In this document: piece by piece, positions 60,910 to 64,000 of the stretch
Numbering within the stretch: position 1 is the first letter of the stretch
Layout of the letters: each line of letters starts with the position of its first letter
Assembly (NCBI GenBank): GCA_038496445.1
Contig: JALMLS010000541.1
Coordinates: 1 to 64,000 of the forward strand
Origin: Trichosphaerium sp. ATCC 40318
Taxonomy: Eukaryota; Protista; Tubulinea
DNA length: 64,000 nt
Direction: 5' to 3'
Translations under genes and position numbers: made by a program
Notes under the pieces: generated by a model
The model's input: the letters and a program-made list of their open reading frames with translations, nothing else
The model's database searches: none
Told to the model about the DNA's origin: nothing

Positions 60910-63476
60910 ATGAGTGCGTTGGTTGCTCATTTACGCTCAGGTATGGCCATCATTTGTTCCATAAGAATGCAAGTGGCGAAAATCAATGTTTCTTTGAGGG
61001 TTGTGCGTTCCGCACTCGCTGTACGTTTATTTGAATTTATTAAATGTAATAATCACTAGCTGCCTTTCACAAACACCTTGAGGGTCATGAAAAGCGTGGA
61101 GAGAAAGTAGATCACGAACTTGCAATTAAAACTATTGAGCGAAATATATTAAAGCCAGAATCTCGCTCAGTGGCGCGCCAAGTATGTTGTACCTAATATC
61201 TAGCAATTTTAAACTTGGCGGTAAACTTTTGCTTGCTATCTTCGCTGTAACGCACTAAATACGCACGAAGAGCGTTCGACGTTATTTTTAAGCAAAATAT
61301 ACGCCTCTCGAGCAGACTCACAAAATACTCAATATTAACAACAGTAGGGTGCTTCGCGCATTGCTATTCCTATGGAAAGATGTCGTAAAGTGCTTGACGA
61401 ATTGAAAAAAGATAAGTACAGCGCTCCATTCCAGAAAATAGAAGGCAAACCGAGCCTAAAGATGCCAATTGACTTTGAAACCATTGCAGTACGTGTTTCA
61501 TCACTATTAATAGTTGCTCACAGTAAAACATGAAAAAAATTCTTTACACCAATATCACGGGCTTACACAGGCTCTAACTACGCTCAAACTTACTCGTTAA
61601 ATACAAATTTAGTCAGTTTGACACCTGACATTCTCCTGTAGGTCAAACTGATGCGTTCCACTTATTCGACGCATCAAGAGTTTCATTATGACATATTACG
61701 CGTTTTTGCTGCTGCAAGAAAGCTTCCTCAACTGGATGTTCAACATAGCGCTCGAAAACTTCATGAAAAGTTCATTGTATTGTGGGAAGTAGCCATTGTA
61801 CGTGCTTGACTCCCTACTTTGACAGTATGCTTATAATTTCTTTGTAGATTGATTCTAGCTTCAAGGTAAAAGAAGATGGTCTGAAGCGTAAGTTTCCTGG
61901 TGTTTTAGTGCCAATGTGGCAATGTAAAAATATCTTGGAGCGTATGAGAGAACATAAAGAGAGTGGTCCTTTCCGAACTCCTGTTGATCCTGAACGTGAT
62001 AAAGTACCTGATTATTGCCAAGTAATAAAGAATCCTATGGATATGCAAAGCATAGAGACACTCATGGCAAGGGTACGTCGTAAAAAGTGTGATTCGGTTT
62101 CTGATTGGTTTTTTTTTAAAGAGTCAGTTCAAGACATACATCGATTTTGCTAAGAAAATGATGCTCATTTTCAGGAACGCACAAGTGTATAATGGCCTTA
62201 ACAGTACGTTTAGATTTTATTTTTGTATAACCCTCTGTGAAAATAGTGAATTCGTGCTAACTCTTTGTTTTTTTTTTCGAATAGGTCCTATGTATTACAC
62301 AGCAGAGCTTCTTTCGCGAACTTTTGTTGATATGCTTGTTGACGCATTAAGAGTTATGCAAGAAATGGATAAGAAAATGACAACTGGTTTACCTGCTTAT
62401 ACAATCAAGGACAACAAGGCGTATGTTTCTTTTATACTCATCAAAATAATTTTTTTTTCACTCATTTCTGAAGAACATCACGTGATGTTTTGTTGGTTTG
62501 ACTTTTGTTTTTTTAGATATTTTTGGGATCCAGATGCTAAACAGTATTACTATGAGTACTTTGAAGCGTCTAGTCATGTCAATCCTGCCAATCCGAAGCG
62601 AACTCGAAAATCTCAACAAACACCTACCAATGCACGACGAAAATCAGCAAACTATCATCCTCCAGTTCAAGAAGTATTAACAGAACGCCGTGCAAAGAAG
62701 GTATGTAACTACACCCTCTATTAATATTTATATTAACTATTTAAAAAGCAAGCACTTGGTTTCCTCAGTCAGGTAGAGACTCCAGCTGAAGGTAAATATT
62801 TCGGTTAAACGCAGCTTTGTTTTTCCGCTAACACGAACCATAGCCAATAACAAAGAACAAGAGTACATTGAACCAGATGATAGTGATCATTTATTCCTAA
62901 GTAAACCAGAACAAGATTACCGACCAGAACAGCACTATATCCAACCAGGTGTAAGACCTGCAGTACGTTTAAATACCATATTTTTTTTTGGTCACAAAAA
63001 ACCCCAAAACATTAACAACATTGACTCTGCCTAACTTTATAAAAGAATTTGCCCTTTCCACCAAAACCTGCATACCAGCCAACATATGCTCCTATGCAAA
63101 CCATGCCAGCACATCAAGGGTATCGTCAACCGAGCCTACCACAACCAACAGCTAGGCCTACAATACAAACGTTAAGTGCTACTCAACATAGTGTTACATA
63201 TAATACAACAGGGTTAAAGCCTATGCCTCAAGGCATGTCTCTAAAGGTCAATGCATCAAGTCATTTGGCTACTCCGCCTACTTCTGGAGTAACATCAGTA
63301 CGTCTTTTTAGTGAATTGAAGATTAGCGCTTTTTTTTCTTTTCTGTTGCTTTGTATTGTTGATGTACTGACGGTTGGGTTTTTTAGGCTATGGTTCAACA
63401 AGGACAGACAAAGGTTGTGCTTAAAGTTAGTAATAGCGAACCTACTGATGACATGGAGATTGATATTGTAAATTAA
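60910..63476 (+). CDS. Double-bromodomain protein, multi-exon
   Basis: BD1 RCRKVLDELKKDKYSAPF...PIDFETI; BD2 SGPFRTPVDP...PDYCQVIKNPMDM...LIFRNAQVYN; Pro/Gln-rich tail. Confidence 0.85.
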
Positions 63477-63616
63477 AATAAAAGCAAAAAAAAATATGAA
63501 AGCATATATGCAATCTATTTATCACTTCGATAACACACGTGCACAAAACGTATCCTACCATTAAGAAGAATATAACAAAGCAATTCAAAAATGTAAGGCA
63601 AAACATTCAACTGATA

Positions 63617-64000
63617 CTAGATCACCAATACTTCCGTTAGTACGTGATACGATGTTTATTGATTTAAGATCGAAATCCAAAAATGTGCTGTAAAAGTTGG
63701 TAAGTACCGGTTTTAAGTCTTGTAAAATTTATGTATGACATACAACCCTAGTAATAGTTACAAAATAAATCACATGATAGCCCGTATACATAATGATGTA
63801 AAAACTAAAGTGCTTCCAACACCATGCATCCATGAAAAAGGCTTTGGAAAAAGAGTGAATGAAATGAGCAGTGTAAACACTTTTCGAAGTGCACCAGAAC
63901 CAACAGCTGCTGCAACACCAAACTTTTTAATTATACCAAGATAAAAGTGTATCCCAATATAAGATAATATTGATTCAAATACAATAGCAAATGCAGTGTA
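63617..64000 (-). CDS. 3' end of an SLC35B/UAA-family nucleotide-sugar or PAPS transporter (partial)
   Basis: SYIGIHFYLGIIKKFGVAAAVGSGALRKVFTLLISFTLFPKPF matches the C-terminal helices of SLC35B-type transporters. Confidence 0.75.

Overview
AT-rich, gene-dense eukaryotic DNA with many short (mostly ~45-120 bp) spliceosomal introns (GTAxGT donors, CTAAC/TTAAC branch points). The gene content suggests an amoebozoan-like protist (inference only). Host genes: C2-domain formin (3' end runs off the window), sulfatase, two paralogous ubiquitin-like-domain genes, TPM/RING fusion, GH28 polygalacturonase, telobox Myb (TRF-like) protein, UFM1-specific peptidase, SEL1-repeat pseudokinase, beta-propeller membrane protein, BIG/Sec7 ArfGEF with an intronic tRNA-Gln(CUG), mucin-like membrane protein, double-bromodomain protein and the 3' end of an SLC35B transporter. 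There are six F-box genes; four belong to one family with very short (21/22-aa) LRRs that vary at fixed positions. The main accessory element is a recently inserted 5.5-kb Ty3/Gypsy retrotransposon (10839-16344). It has identical 96-bp TG...TA LTRs, no canonical PBS, a G GGA AAC slippery site plus predicted pseudoknot for -1 frameshifting, one in-frame TGA in RT and a non-chromodomain integrase tail. It sits exactly 1 nt before a host splice donor, so its own LTR recreates an in-frame donor and the whole element could be spliced out silently. Exon boundaries and domain calls were made by eye, without database searches.
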